Part shown: piece by piece, positions 47,802-56,994 of the stretch
Layout: each line of letters starts with the position of its first letter
Numbering within the stretch: the first letter of the stretch is position 1
Assembly (NCBI GenBank): GCA_043811915.1
Contig: JBDRMS010000006.1
Location: 86,870 to 150,869, forward strand
DNA from: a bacterium
GTDB lineage: Bacteria; Patescibacteriota; Andersenbacteria; UBA10190
Direction of reading: 5' to 3'
DNA length: 64,000 nucleotides
The notes under the pieces: model-generated
The model's database searches: none
The model's input: the letters and a program-made list of their open reading frames with translations, nothing else
Told to the model about the DNA's origin: nothing
Position numbers and translations under genes: made by a program

Positions 47802-48686
47802 ATGAAAGGAATAATTTTAGCAGGGGGATCCGGGACGCGGCTATATCCATTAACTATTCCAGTCAGTAAACAGCTAATGCCGGTGTATGACAAACCGATG
47901 GTGTACTATCCCCTATCCACTTTAATGATGGCGGGAGTAAGGGAAGTGCTAATTATTTCCACGCCGCATGATTTGCCGCAGTATAAAAAGCTGCTGGACG
48001 ATGGTGGACAGCTGGGGATGACATTTGAATATGTGGAGCAGTCTAGACCGGAAGGCCTGGCCCAGGCGTTTATTTTAGGAGCAGATTTTGTGGGTGACGA
48101 CAGCGTGGCGCTGATTCTGGGAGATAACATATTTTATGGCAGTGATATGCGAGAGATATTGCAGGGGGCAAAAGACGATGTGGAAAAAGAGGGGGGCGGT
48201 ATGGTTTTTGCCTATCACGTGTCTGATCCGGAGCGGTACGGAGTGGTGGATTTTGACGGAGAAGGACGAGCTGTTTCAATTGAGGAGAAGCCGAAGAGGC
48301 CAAAATCGTCTTACGCCGTACCCGGTCTTTATTTTTATGACAACAAAGTGGTGGAGTTGGCTAAGAAGCTTACACCCTCTGATCGGGGCGAGCTGGAAAT
48401 CACGGAGGTGAATAAAAAGTATTTAAAGAAGGGGACCTTGAGAGTGGCAATATTGAGCCGGGGGACGGCGTGGCTGGATTCAGGAACGCATGACTCGCTG
48501 TTGCAGGCAGGTAACTTCGTGCAAACTATCGAAGAGCGGCAGGGACTCAAGGTTGGCTGTATTGAGGAAATAGCATATCGGATGGGTTACATAGATAATA
48601 AACAACTAAAAAAACTGGCCGAGAAGTTGACAAAAAGCGGCTACGGAAATTATTTACTGGAGGTGGCAGAAGAAAAACTGGATTAA
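47802..48686 (+). CDS. rfbA: Glucose-1-phosphate thymidylyltransferase (RmlA)
   Basis: [36 protein letters not shown]. Confidence 0.98.
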   Translation: MKGIILAGGSGTRLYPLTIPVSKQLMPVYDKPMVYYPLSTLMMAGVREVLIISTPHDLPQYKKLLDDGGQLGMTFEYVEQSRPEGLAQAFILGADFVGDDSVALILGDNIFYGSDMREILQGAKDDVEKEGGGMVFAYHVSDPERYGVVDFDGEGRAVSIEEKPKRPKSSYAVPGLYFYDNKVVELAKKLTPSDRGELEITEVNKKYLKKGTLRVAILSRGTAWLDSGTHDSLLQAGNFVQTIEERQGLKVGCIEEIAYRMGYIDNKQLKKLAEKLTKSGYGNYLLEVAEEKLD

Positions 48687-48689
48687 TCT

Positions 48690-49640
48690 ATGGATTATTC
48701 AATAGTGATACCGGCCTGCAACGAAGAACGAAACATAAGGCTCTTATATGAGGCTGTAAAGAGCGTTATGGACGGTTTGGGCTCGTGGGAGATGATTTTA
48801 ATAGATGATGGCAGTGGGGACAACACTTATGTGGAAATGCAGAAGTTGTGTGAGCGGGACGGCCGGGTTAAGCTAGTGTGTTTCAGGCGCAATTTTGGAC
48901 AGACGGCGGCCTGGTCGGCCGGGTTTGACCACGCGCGCGGTGATTTTGTAATAGTGATGGATGCCGATATGCAAAATGATCCGCAGGATATTCCGATTAT
49001 GCTGGAACGGATGCGAGAGAGGGGGTGGGATGTAATCTCCGGTTGGCGCAAGGACCGCAAAGATGACGGATTGCTAAAATTAGGCAGCAAAGTTGGTAAT
49101 GCAGTGCATCGCTGGGTAACAGGTGAGAAAATTCACGATCATGGTTGCAGTTTAAAGATATATAGAAGGGAAGCTCTGGTGGATCTGGAGCTATATGGAG
49201 AGATGCATCGTTACATAACAGCTTTGCTTTCCTGGAAAGGTTTTAAAGTGGGGGAGATAGAAGTGCGGCATCATCCACGCCGGCACGGTCGGACAAAATA
49301 TTCAATCAAGAAAAAACTGAAAGGCTTTTTGGATCTGATAATTGTAAAATTCTGGGTGCAATATTCGGCTCGTCCTATGCACTTCTTTGGCTCTATCGGT
49401 GCTGTGTTTGTGCTGGCTGGATTTGTTCTGGGCGGCACGCTGGGTTTCTTGTGGCTGTTGCGAATTATTGGGTTGGCCAACAGATCAACGCCGCTGTTGG
49501 CCGTGTTGATGGTACTACTAGGTTTTCAATTTTTATTAACGGGCGTACTAGCTGATGTCGTAGCGCACACATACTATGCGCAAAAAAAAGCGTATTCAAT
49601 TAAAGAGACAACAGGTTTTGATGAATCTTCTGTTGATTAA
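48690..49640 (+). CDS. GT2 ArnC/GtrB-like polyprenol-phosphate glycosyltransferase with two C-terminal TMs
   Basis: DDGS.D, RNFGQTAA, MDAD.QNDP, GWR..R.D, HRY. Confidence 0.93.
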   Translation: MDYSIVIPACNEERNIRLLYEAVKSVMDGLGSWEMILIDDGSGDNTYVEMQKLCERDGRVKLVCFRRNFGQTAAWSAGFDHARGDFVIVMDADMQNDPQDIPIMLERMRERGWDVISGWRKDRKDDGLLKLGSKVGNAVHRWVTGEKIHDHGCSLKIYRREALVDLELYGEMHRYITALLSWKGFKVGEIEVRHHPRRHGRTKYSIKKKLKGFLDLIIVKFWVQYSARPMHFFGSIGAVFVLAGFVLGGTLGFLWLLRIIGLANRSTPLLAVLMVLLGFQFLLTGVLADVVAHTYYAQKKAYSIKETTGFDESSVD

Positions 49641-50757
49641 TAATGAGTTTCCGCCGATTGGAGGCGGAGGCTCAACGGTAACCAGATATGCTTTGCGGTA
49701 TCTTACCAGGGCGGGGCATAAGGTAACGCTGATAACCTCGAGTTATAAGGGATTGCCACGGCGAGAAATTATTGAAGGGGCCACTGTTATTCGCATCCCT
49801 GCTGTAAGACGTTACAAAGATTTTTGTTCCCAGTGGGAGCTGGTGATATTTGGCGTATCGGCTCTAGTTTATGCTCTAGGGTATACATTCAGACATAAAG
49901 TAGATTTTATTCAGGCTTACTTTGCGGTGCCGGCAGGCTGGGTAGCTTGGCTGGTAAATATATTACGGGGTATTCCGTATGGAGTGTATTTTGGCGGATC
50001 GGATATTCCGGGGGCTAACCCTTCGCGATATAAAAATATTTATCCTTTTTTGACGCCATTACTGAAGGCGATATGGCGGCGGGCAAAGTTTCGCACGGTG
50101 TGTTCGCAGGAACTGGCTCGTTTAGGGGGAAAAGCTGATGCGGGAGTCGGGTTTTTAGTGATTCCTAATGGGGTGGAAACGGATCGTTTTAAGCCAATAG
50201 GAAGGTCGGCTAATCCCAGGGTAAAAATTTTATTTATCGGCAGGCTGATTCCGCGTAAAGGGTTTCAGCGAGTGGTGCGGTCATTGCCGAGGGTGTGTGA
50301 GTTGACTCGCCAGGCATTTGAGGTGGAAGTGGTGGGGACCGGAGCAGCGCGAGCGGAACTGGATGAAGAAGCGGAGGAATTAGGTATTTCTAGTTTAATA
50401 AAATACGTGGGCACAGTGTCATATGATCAGCTGGAGAAAGCTTACCAGTATGCAGATATTTTTGTATTAACCTCGCTTTCCGAGGGTATGCCGTCCGTTA
50501 TCTTGGAAGCGATGGGGTGTGGGTTGCCGGTTATCGCCTCGGACGTGGGAGGAAATAACGAATTAGTCGAGGAAGGCGTGAATGGATATTTAATTAAAGG
50601 TGATGATATAGAGACCCTGGCCAGGCAACTGGCTAAATTGATTGATGATGAGGGCTTGAGACGAAGGATGGGGCAGGCGGGAAGAGAAAAGGCGTTAAAG
50701 TATGATTGGGGGAATATTATGAAGAAGTATAATGAACTATACAGAAGCTATGGCTGA
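49621..50757 (+). CDS. GT4 glycosyltransferase (ATG 49621)
   Basis: EFPP.GGG, IPNGV, GRL..RKG, EG.P..ILEAM. Confidence 0.93.
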   Translation: MNLLLINNEFPPIGGGGSTVTRYALRYLTRAGHKVTLITSSYKGLPRREIIEGATVIRIPAVRRYKDFCSQWELVIFGVSALVYALGYTFRHKVDFIQAYFAVPAGWVAWLVNILRGIPYGVYFGGSDIPGANPSRYKNIYPFLTPLLKAIWRRAKFRTVCSQELARLGGKADAGVGFLVIPNGVETDRFKPIGRSANPRVKILFIGRLIPRKGFQRVVRSLPRVCELTRQAFEVEVVGTGAARAELDEEAEELGISSLIKYVGTVSYDQLEKAYQYADIFVLTSLSEGMPSVILEAMGCGLPVIASDVGGNNELVEEGVNGYLIKGDDIETLARQLAKLIDDEGLRRRMGQAGREKALKYDWGNIMKKYNELYRSYG

Positions 50758-51721
50758 AAAAGTTCTTATAACCGGGGGCGCTGGTTTTATTGGCAGCAAT
50801 ATCGCGCGCGCTTTAGTGCAGCGGGGTGATAAAGTTACGGTGTTGGATGCTATGTTGCCGTTGTACGGAGGAAATTTGTTTAATTTAAAAGAGCTAAGGG
50901 ATGAAATTGAATTTGTGGAGGGAGATATAAGAGATGCCGGGCTGGTGGAAAAGCTGGTTAAGGGTAAAGACATTGTATATAATCTGGCGGCACAGGTTAG
51001 TTATATTGATTCAAAAGATAAGCCGTTTTTAGATCTGGATATTAACGGGGCGGGACACCTGATTGTTTTAGAAGCGGTGCGCAAGCGGGCGCCGGAAGCC
51101 CGAGTCTTGTTTTCTTCTTCCCGTCTGGTTTATGGCAGAATTTTAACGGTGCCGGTGCAGGAAGAGCATCCGACCGATCCACTTTCTATGTATGGAATTC
51201 ACAAATTGCTGGGAGAGAAGTATTATCGATATTTTGCTGATACTCATGGCTTGCACACGATGTCGATACGTATACCTAATCCTTATGGGCCGCGACAGCA
51301 AATGAAGCATAACAAGTATTCCATTGTGGGCTGGTTTGTGCGCCAGGCTATGGAGGGCAAAACGATTACGGTTTTTGGCGACGGGAAGCAAGAGCGAGAT
51401 TATTTATATATAGATGATATTGTGGACGCGTTTCTACAACTAACCAGTAAAGGAGAAGCGGGTGAGATATATAACATCGGCACGCACGAGCGAGTACGAT
51501 TTGTCGACATGGTTGATGCAGTATTGCAGGAGGTCGGTGGCGGAATGAAAGAACATGTGCCATGGCCAGAGGATTACGAGAAAAATGAAACAGGAAACTA
51601 TATAGCAGATACGAGTAAAATTCGTGAATTAACGGGCTGGGAGTCGCAGGTGAACCTAAAAGACGGAGTGAAGAAGATGGTGCAGTATTACAAGGAAAAT
51701 AGTCAGCATTATTTTCAGTAA
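50750..51721 (+). CDS. NAD-dependent nucleotide-sugar epimerase/dehydratase (ATG 50750)
   Basis: [13 protein letters not shown] (YxxxK), YGP, RDYLYIDD. Confidence 0.92.
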   Translation: MAEKVLITGGAGFIGSNIARALVQRGDKVTVLDAMLPLYGGNLFNLKELRDEIEFVEGDIRDAGLVEKLVKGKDIVYNLAAQVSYIDSKDKPFLDLDINGAGHLIVLEAVRKRAPEARVLFSSSRLVYGRILTVPVQEEHPTDPLSMYGIHKLLGEKYYRYFADTHGLHTMSIRIPNPYGPRQQMKHNKYSIVGWFVRQAMEGKTITVFGDGKQERDYLYIDDIVDAFLQLTSKGEAGEIYNIGTHERVRFVDMVDAVLQEVGGGMKEHVPWPEDYEKNETGNYIADTSKIRELTGWESQVNLKDGVKKMVQYYKENSQHYFQ

Positions 51722-51744
51722 TTGGTAATTAGTAATTAGTAAAT
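51717..51744. repeat. Heptamer tandem repeat AGTAATT-GGTAATT-AGTAATT-AGTAAAT
   Basis: Read directly; fills the whole intergenic gap. Confidence 0.8.
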
Positions 51745-51745
51745 T

Positions 51746-54163
51746 ATGACGACGAGAGAAAAATTGATTGGGCTGATAGTTTTTGTTGGGCTGGTTATTC
51801 TGGTGGGAACGTTGGTGTCAGTACGGGAAGTGGGCGAGCGGCAGGGAGAATATACGACTAATACCGGGGAGCTTTTACAGGGTTCATTAGTAGGCCAGAC
51901 TTTTGTAGCTGGTAAGGATGATTTGTCGGGAGTGGCCGTGATGCTGGCGACTTACTCTGGTCGGGTGAAAACCGGGACGGTTGAACTGCATGTACAGGAC
52001 CTGCCTGCCGGACAGGCGGGGTCTATTGGTTACGGACGGGACCTGCGGACAGACATGGTGGACGTGAGCCAGTTGGGCGATAACCAGTGGCATCGTTTTA
52101 AATTTGAGCCAATAGCTGACTCGGCGGGGCAATCCCTTTTCTTTTATGTAACCTCGTTGGAGGGGGTGGCTGGCAATGCGGTAGCAGTGGACATTAACGG
52201 CAAAGATCCATATCCGTTGGGATCTGCTTATTTAGTGCGGGGGCATAATGACGAGGAAGTGAGCGGGGACGTGCTGGTAAGATCTGGAAAACAAAGTTTA
52301 GACATGGCGTTTGAGATTTATTACACGGTACCATTGCGAGTAGCGGTGATGAATAAGACGGTGGCGACAGGGAAGCAATTTGTGCAGACATGGGATGAAA
52401 TGCACGGTAAATATATTATCTGGGCCAAGGTGGGAGTGCCGGCATTGCTGTTTATTACTTTAATGGTGTGGCTGCGTCGCTTATCTTTGAGGCCGCGGCA
52501 GACGCTATTGGTTTTATTTGTTCTGGCAATAGTAGTGCGGCTTATATACGCGGTGGAATTACCTCTGACAAATGACGAGGGTAATTACCTGTATGATGCG
52601 CGGACATTGTTGGAAGGCGGACTGGCAGGAGGCGATGGTTATGTGAAGGCGCCGCTGGTGGTGATTTGGCTGGCGATTTGGCAATTTATATTAGGGCAAA
52701 CCATTTTGGCGGGGCGGTTGTCGTCGGTGGTAATTGGGGCAGCGACGTTGTGGCCCATGTATTTATTGGGACGGGGATTGGGTAGTATAAAGACCGGGCT
52801 GGTTGCGGCCGGGGCCTGGGCGCTGATGGGCGTGACAACAGTTTTTAATATTTATGTACACACGCAGCCCCTGGCATTGTTTTTCGGGATATTCGGCCTG
52901 GCGGTTCTGTCGGCGGCATTGCGAGGGAAATTGGGTCCGCCAAGTCGGCGAGCTCGCTTCATTTGGCTTTTTGTAGCAGGTGTCTTACTGGGTTTGGGTG
53001 TAGTTTCGCGCAAAAGTATTTTGGCACTGGGACTGGTGCCACTGGCGCTAGTTGTGAGGGAAGGGCAAAGTTGGCGAGGGCGGCTCAAAGATTTAATAAT
53101 AATTGGACTTGGTTTTTTACTTGTTGTTAGCTTGTTTCTGGGCGGGGCTGCGGCTGTGTATGGAAAAGAAGGTTTTTGGGAGGCGTTGGGCGCGAATTCG
53201 GCGGAGGATGGTATTTCGGCGGTAGACCCGGCGGAGGTAGAGCAGGTGAGGGCCTATTCCCTGCGGGGCATGACGCCATTTTTTAGAGAAAGCTTGCCGT
53301 TGATATTGCTGGCAATGATTGGGCTGGGGGTGGCATTGGAAAAATTATTCACTCGCCGCTTCGTAAAACTGATAGCGTGGGCTGTCCCTATAGCTATCTT
53401 CTGGTGGGCGTGGGGATTCTTCTTAGAGTATGAGGGTAGTTCGGTAATGGTGTTTGGCATGAAGGACTTGTGGTATGCGATGGCAGCTGGGCTGATCCTG
53501 GTGGCGATTTTGTATCGCGGCAAGGCTTCAGATAAACCGGGGCAGTGGGCGCCGGTACTGGTGCCGGTGCTGTGGATGGCGGGATTAATCTTCTTTTACA
53601 CCAACTGGATAAAATTTCACGCCAACTATATCGGCGAGTTTTTGCCGCCGTTGGTGCTGCTGGGGGCCTTAGGGGCTCCTGTTCTGATGAGAAAGTCGGC
53701 GGGGCGGTGGCTGGTGCTGGCGGTTATGCTGTGGGCCTTATTTGTTTCCGGGTACGTGACACTGGTTTATGAGCATACGGGGACGTTTCAGCTTCAGGCG
53801 CTTCGGGAGGCGGCGGAGTGGACTAAAAATAATATCCCAAAGCAGGAGGAGATATTTACGGGAGCGGCGGCGGTGCCATATCTTTCCGGGCACCATACGG
53901 CACTGAATATCGCTCATCCGCGCTGGTACGCGTATGAGTTTACGCGTAAGGATCCGGAGCGCTTGAATACATTTTTGCCGCCGGCGGAGGAGATGGTACA
54001 GGCTTTTAAGGAGGCAGAGTGGTTCCTAATGGATAAGCAGACCGGGTTTTCGTTTTTGATGGAGTACTCGGAGATAGAAGGGGGGTTGGAACAAGAATTT
54101 GAGGCGGTTAAGGGAATTTCCAACGGATCAAACACGCTGACGTTTTACCGAAGAATAAAGTGA
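51746..54163 (+). CDS. GT-C (ArnT/PMT-like) membrane glycosyltransferase with N-terminal extracellular beta domain
   Basis: TNDEGNY loop, K.PL, GRL.S, many TMs. Confidence 0.75.
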   Translation: MTTREKLIGLIVFVGLVILVGTLVSVREVGERQGEYTTNTGELLQGSLVGQTFVAGKDDLSGVAVMLATYSGRVKTGTVELHVQDLPAGQAGSIGYGRDLRTDMVDVSQLGDNQWHRFKFEPIADSAGQSLFFYVTSLEGVAGNAVAVDINGKDPYPLGSAYLVRGHNDEEVSGDVLVRSGKQSLDMAFEIYYTVPLRVAVMNKTVATGKQFVQTWDEMHGKYIIWAKVGVPALLFITLMVWLRRLSLRPRQTLLVLFVLAIVVRLIYAVELPLTNDEGNYLYDARTLLEGGLAGGDGYVKAPLVVIWLAIWQFILGQTILAGRLSSVVIGAATLWPMYLLGRGLGSIKTGLVAAGAWALMGVTTVFNIYVHTQPLALFFGIFGLAVLSAALRGKLGPPSRRARFIWLFVAGVLLGLGVVSRKSILALGLVPLALVVREGQSWRGRLKDLIIIGLGFLLVVSLFLGGAAAVYGKEGFWEALGANSAEDGISAVDPAEVEQVRAYSLRGMTPFFRESLPLILLAMIGLGVALEKLFTRRFVKLIAWAVPIAIFWWAWGFFLEYEGSSVMVFGMKDLWYAMAAGLILVAILYRGKASDKPGQWAPVLVPVLWMAGLIFFYTNWIKFHANYIGEFLPPLVLLGALGAPVLMRKSAGRWLVLAVMLWALFVSGYVTLVYEHTGTFQLQALREAAEWTKNNIPKQEEIFTGAAAVPYLSGHHTALNIAHPRWYAYEFTRKDPERLNTFLPPAEEMVQAFKEAEWFLMDKQTGFSFLMEYSEIEGGLEQEFEAVKGISNGSNTLTFYRRIK

Positions 54164-56157
54164 TGACGGATAAAGGGAAAAAGGTGATTGCGGTAGTGGC
54201 ACTTGGGCTGCTGGCCCTGGTGGTGAGACTGCCCGGCCTGGGAGAATTTATGACAGTGGATGAAGAAAACTGGATGCTGCGCAGCGGTACGTTTTGGCAT
54301 GAGTTGTTCAGGCTGTCTGATCCCAGCGGAACATTTTTGACCACCCATCCAGGAGCTACGACGATGTGGCTGACAGGGACTGGAGTGTTCTGGCAAGAAG
54401 CCCGCCTCGGTTTTGACATTGATACGTCTAATCTGCGATATTTCCGGCTGGCGGCGACGTTGCCGTTGGCGCTGGCAACTTCCGTATTGATTGGGCTAGC
54501 TACATGGCTGTTGGTAAGGCTGTTGAATTGGGGTGTGGCGGCAATGGCAGGTCTGTTGCTGGCGGTTGATCCATACCTCACAGGTATGAGCCAGGTGGCT
54601 CATTTGGATGCATTGCTGGCCTTGTTTATGTTGGCCAGCATGCTGGCTTTTTTCGTGGGCAAGCGCGGGCAAAAGCTGCAGTACCTGGTGTTGGCGGGGG
54701 TGATGGCAGGACTGGCTATGGGGACCAAGTTTTTGCCGGCACTGTGGCTATGGTTGTTCTTTGCATTGGTGCTTATTTTTCAGCAACCTCGTCAACAGGT
54801 GTTTTCTCGGTTGCTTCGAGCTCTTGGTTTTATGTTTGGCGTGGCGGCGCTGACACTTTATGTTACTTGGCCGGCCCTTTGGGTTTCGGATGACTTCATG
54901 CGCTCTTTTAATCGCGATGTGCCGGCGATTATAACGCAGGAGCATGTGGCGTTAGAATTATCACAGGATCCGATAGAACCGGAAAGTTTTTACTTGCGAA
55001 CGATGCTGGGACGCTCGACGCCGTTTGTGCTGTTGCTGACTGTTGGTATGTTGGTGTCGGCGGCGAGGTTCTGGATGAGGAAAAGAGAGGTGCCGCAAGC
55101 AGCGTGGTTGTTTGTCTATGCGATTGGTTTTCTGGTTTTGATGACGCTGGCGGCGAAGAAAGCGGATCGGTATGCGATGCCGGCTTTAGTCGTGCTGCCA
55201 GTGCTGGCTGGCTGGGGATTCGCTATTGCATGGCAGATTATTCGTTCGCGATCCTTCGGGAATCGAATTTTCTCGTCGCTTATCCCTCGCCCGGGACCGC
55301 TAGTGGTGCTGGTTATACTTTTATTGATTACTCAAGTTTTAGCATGGTCGCCATATGCGATTGCGTATAATAACCCATATTTGCCGAATATCAGGCCTCT
55401 GCCGCAGCAGGGATGGGGAGAGGGACTGGATGCGGCGGCACGATTACTAAATAACCATCCTTTGATTGATGAATTGATTATTGCCTCGTGGTACCCAGGG
55501 GTGACAGAAACATATTTTAATGGCAAGACGATGAGTTTGAGTTCACGGGATGACGAACGAGTAGGGTATGTGGTGACATATCGGAATATGGCGGGCCGGG
55601 CGCCGGATGATATTGCCAGTAATGTGTTGGATGAGTACCAGGATAAAAATCCTGTGCACACGATTAAAATCGGCGGGCAGGAGTACGTAGAAATATACGA
55701 GGTTATGGGGTTACACTACTTTCCGCAGCATGTGGGAGAGTTAGCGGGTGACATGGAAGTGGGGCAGGAGATTATGATAAGCGAAAATAATTGGTCTGCC
55801 ATAGAAATTGGCATGGCGAATTTCAGCAGCCGGCAGAATACAAAAGATGTTTTTTTGCATGTTAGAGACAGTGTTAATGCGACGGATGATTTGCGGACAG
55901 TAAAAATAAATGCGGCGCAAATTAAGGATAGTACATGGCATAGATTTGAGTTTGAACCAATAGCGGACTCGGCGGGCAAAACTTTTTATGTGGCGCTGAC
56001 TAGTCCTGATTCGATTAAGGGAGATGCGGTGACGGTTCGGTTTGTGTCGAAGAATATATTGCCGGGACAAATGCTATTGCGGCGGCAAGCCCTGAAGGGT
56101 GGAGAAATGAACAGTGATTTTCTGCGTGGCGGAGACATGGCGTATCGGTTACCATAA
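54160..56157 (+). CDS. GT-C (ArnT/PMT-like) membrane glycosyltransferase with C-terminal extracellular beta domain
   Basis: TVDE..W, HPG, DP....S...HLD, KK.DRY, GWGEG. Confidence 0.78.
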   Translation: MMTDKGKKVIAVVALGLLALVVRLPGLGEFMTVDEENWMLRSGTFWHELFRLSDPSGTFLTTHPGATTMWLTGTGVFWQEARLGFDIDTSNLRYFRLAATLPLALATSVLIGLATWLLVRLLNWGVAAMAGLLLAVDPYLTGMSQVAHLDALLALFMLASMLAFFVGKRGQKLQYLVLAGVMAGLAMGTKFLPALWLWLFFALVLIFQQPRQQVFSRLLRALGFMFGVAALTLYVTWPALWVSDDFMRSFNRDVPAIITQEHVALELSQDPIEPESFYLRTMLGRSTPFVLLLTVGMLVSAARFWMRKREVPQAAWLFVYAIGFLVLMTLAAKKADRYAMPALVVLPVLAGWGFAIAWQIIRSRSFGNRIFSSLIPRPGPLVVLVILLLITQVLAWSPYAIAYNNPYLPNIRPLPQQGWGEGLDAAARLLNNHPLIDELIIASWYPGVTETYFNGKTMSLSSRDDERVGYVVTYRNMAGRAPDDIASNVLDEYQDKNPVHTIKIGGQEYVEIYEVMGLHYFPQHVGELAGDMEVGQEIMISENNWSAIEIGMANFSSRQNTKDVFLHVRDSVNATDDLRTVKINAAQIKDSTWHRFEFEPIADSAGKTFYVALTSPDSIKGDAVTVRFVSKNILPGQMLLRRQALKGGEMNSDFLRGGDMAYRLP

Positions 56158-56172
56158 TAGAAATAATAGACT

Positions 56173-56994
56173 ATGAGAGGAAAATTAGCGGCGAGTATTT
56201 TAGTCGGGGTTATTTGGGCTGGGGCAGCTCTGGCGGACGAGGATTTTGGCGAAGACGATTTTTATGAACCCCAGGAGCAGGAAATTGTTGTGCCAGAGAG
56301 GCGGCAGACAGTAGCGGCGCCAGTAGTGGAAGTTGAAGGATTGAATGAGTTGCCTTTTGAGCCATTAGACAAGAGTCTTGATGGGGACAGGGATGGTTTG
56401 AGTGATGTGGACGAAGTGCGACTAGCGACGGATGCCAATAATCCGGACACGGATGGGGACGGGTATATTGATGGGCTGGAGGTGGTACGAGGTTATAATC
56501 CGCTGAAAGCTTCGCCGGGGGACAAAGTTGTGATGGCCGAACTGGACACGGCCAGTCCCAGCGATGTCTATAAAATAACGGGTGTGCGACTGAATACATT
56601 GGGAATAAAGAATACGCTGGTTGTCACGGGAGTGGGGCCGCCAAATTCGCTGGTGACACTGCTGGTTTTTTCCGAAGAAATGAAAACGTGGGTCGCGAGG
56701 TCGGATAGTTCGGGTCGTTTTATATACGTTTCGGAAGATACGCTGGGAATAGGGCAACACAGGATTTATGCGGCGGGCACGGCGGCAGGAGGGGCAGTGT
56801 TGGCTGTGAGCTCTCCGCTTGTCTTCATACGCGAGGCGGATTCATTGGAAATGTTGGAGGAGAAGGCAGTCCCGGAGCCGATTGTTGTTGGCAGTGAAAG
56901 CAGTGGGTGGTTATTCCTGGCTGCGGGTACCAGTATTTTGTCAATGGCGGCAATAATTGGCGGTGGCCTGGTGTTGTGGCGTCGAACTAGATGA
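56173..56994 (+). CDS. Surface protein: signal peptide, Ca-binding TSP3-like repeats, Ig-like domain, C-terminal TM anchor
   Basis: DGDRDGLSD, NPDTDGDGYIDG.E; G.GPPNS.V.L; TM + RRTR. Confidence 0.75.
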   Translation: MRGKLAASILVGVIWAGAALADEDFGEDDFYEPQEQEIVVPERRQTVAAPVVEVEGLNELPFEPLDKSLDGDRDGLSDVDEVRLATDANNPDTDGDGYIDGLEVVRGYNPLKASPGDKVVMAELDTASPSDVYKITGVRLNTLGIKNTLVVTGVGPPNSLVTLLVFSEEMKTWVARSDSSGRFIYVSEDTLGIGQHRIYAAGTAAGGAVLAVSSPLVFIREADSLEMLEEKAVPEPIVVGSESSGWLFLAAGTSILSMAAIIGGGLVLWRRTR

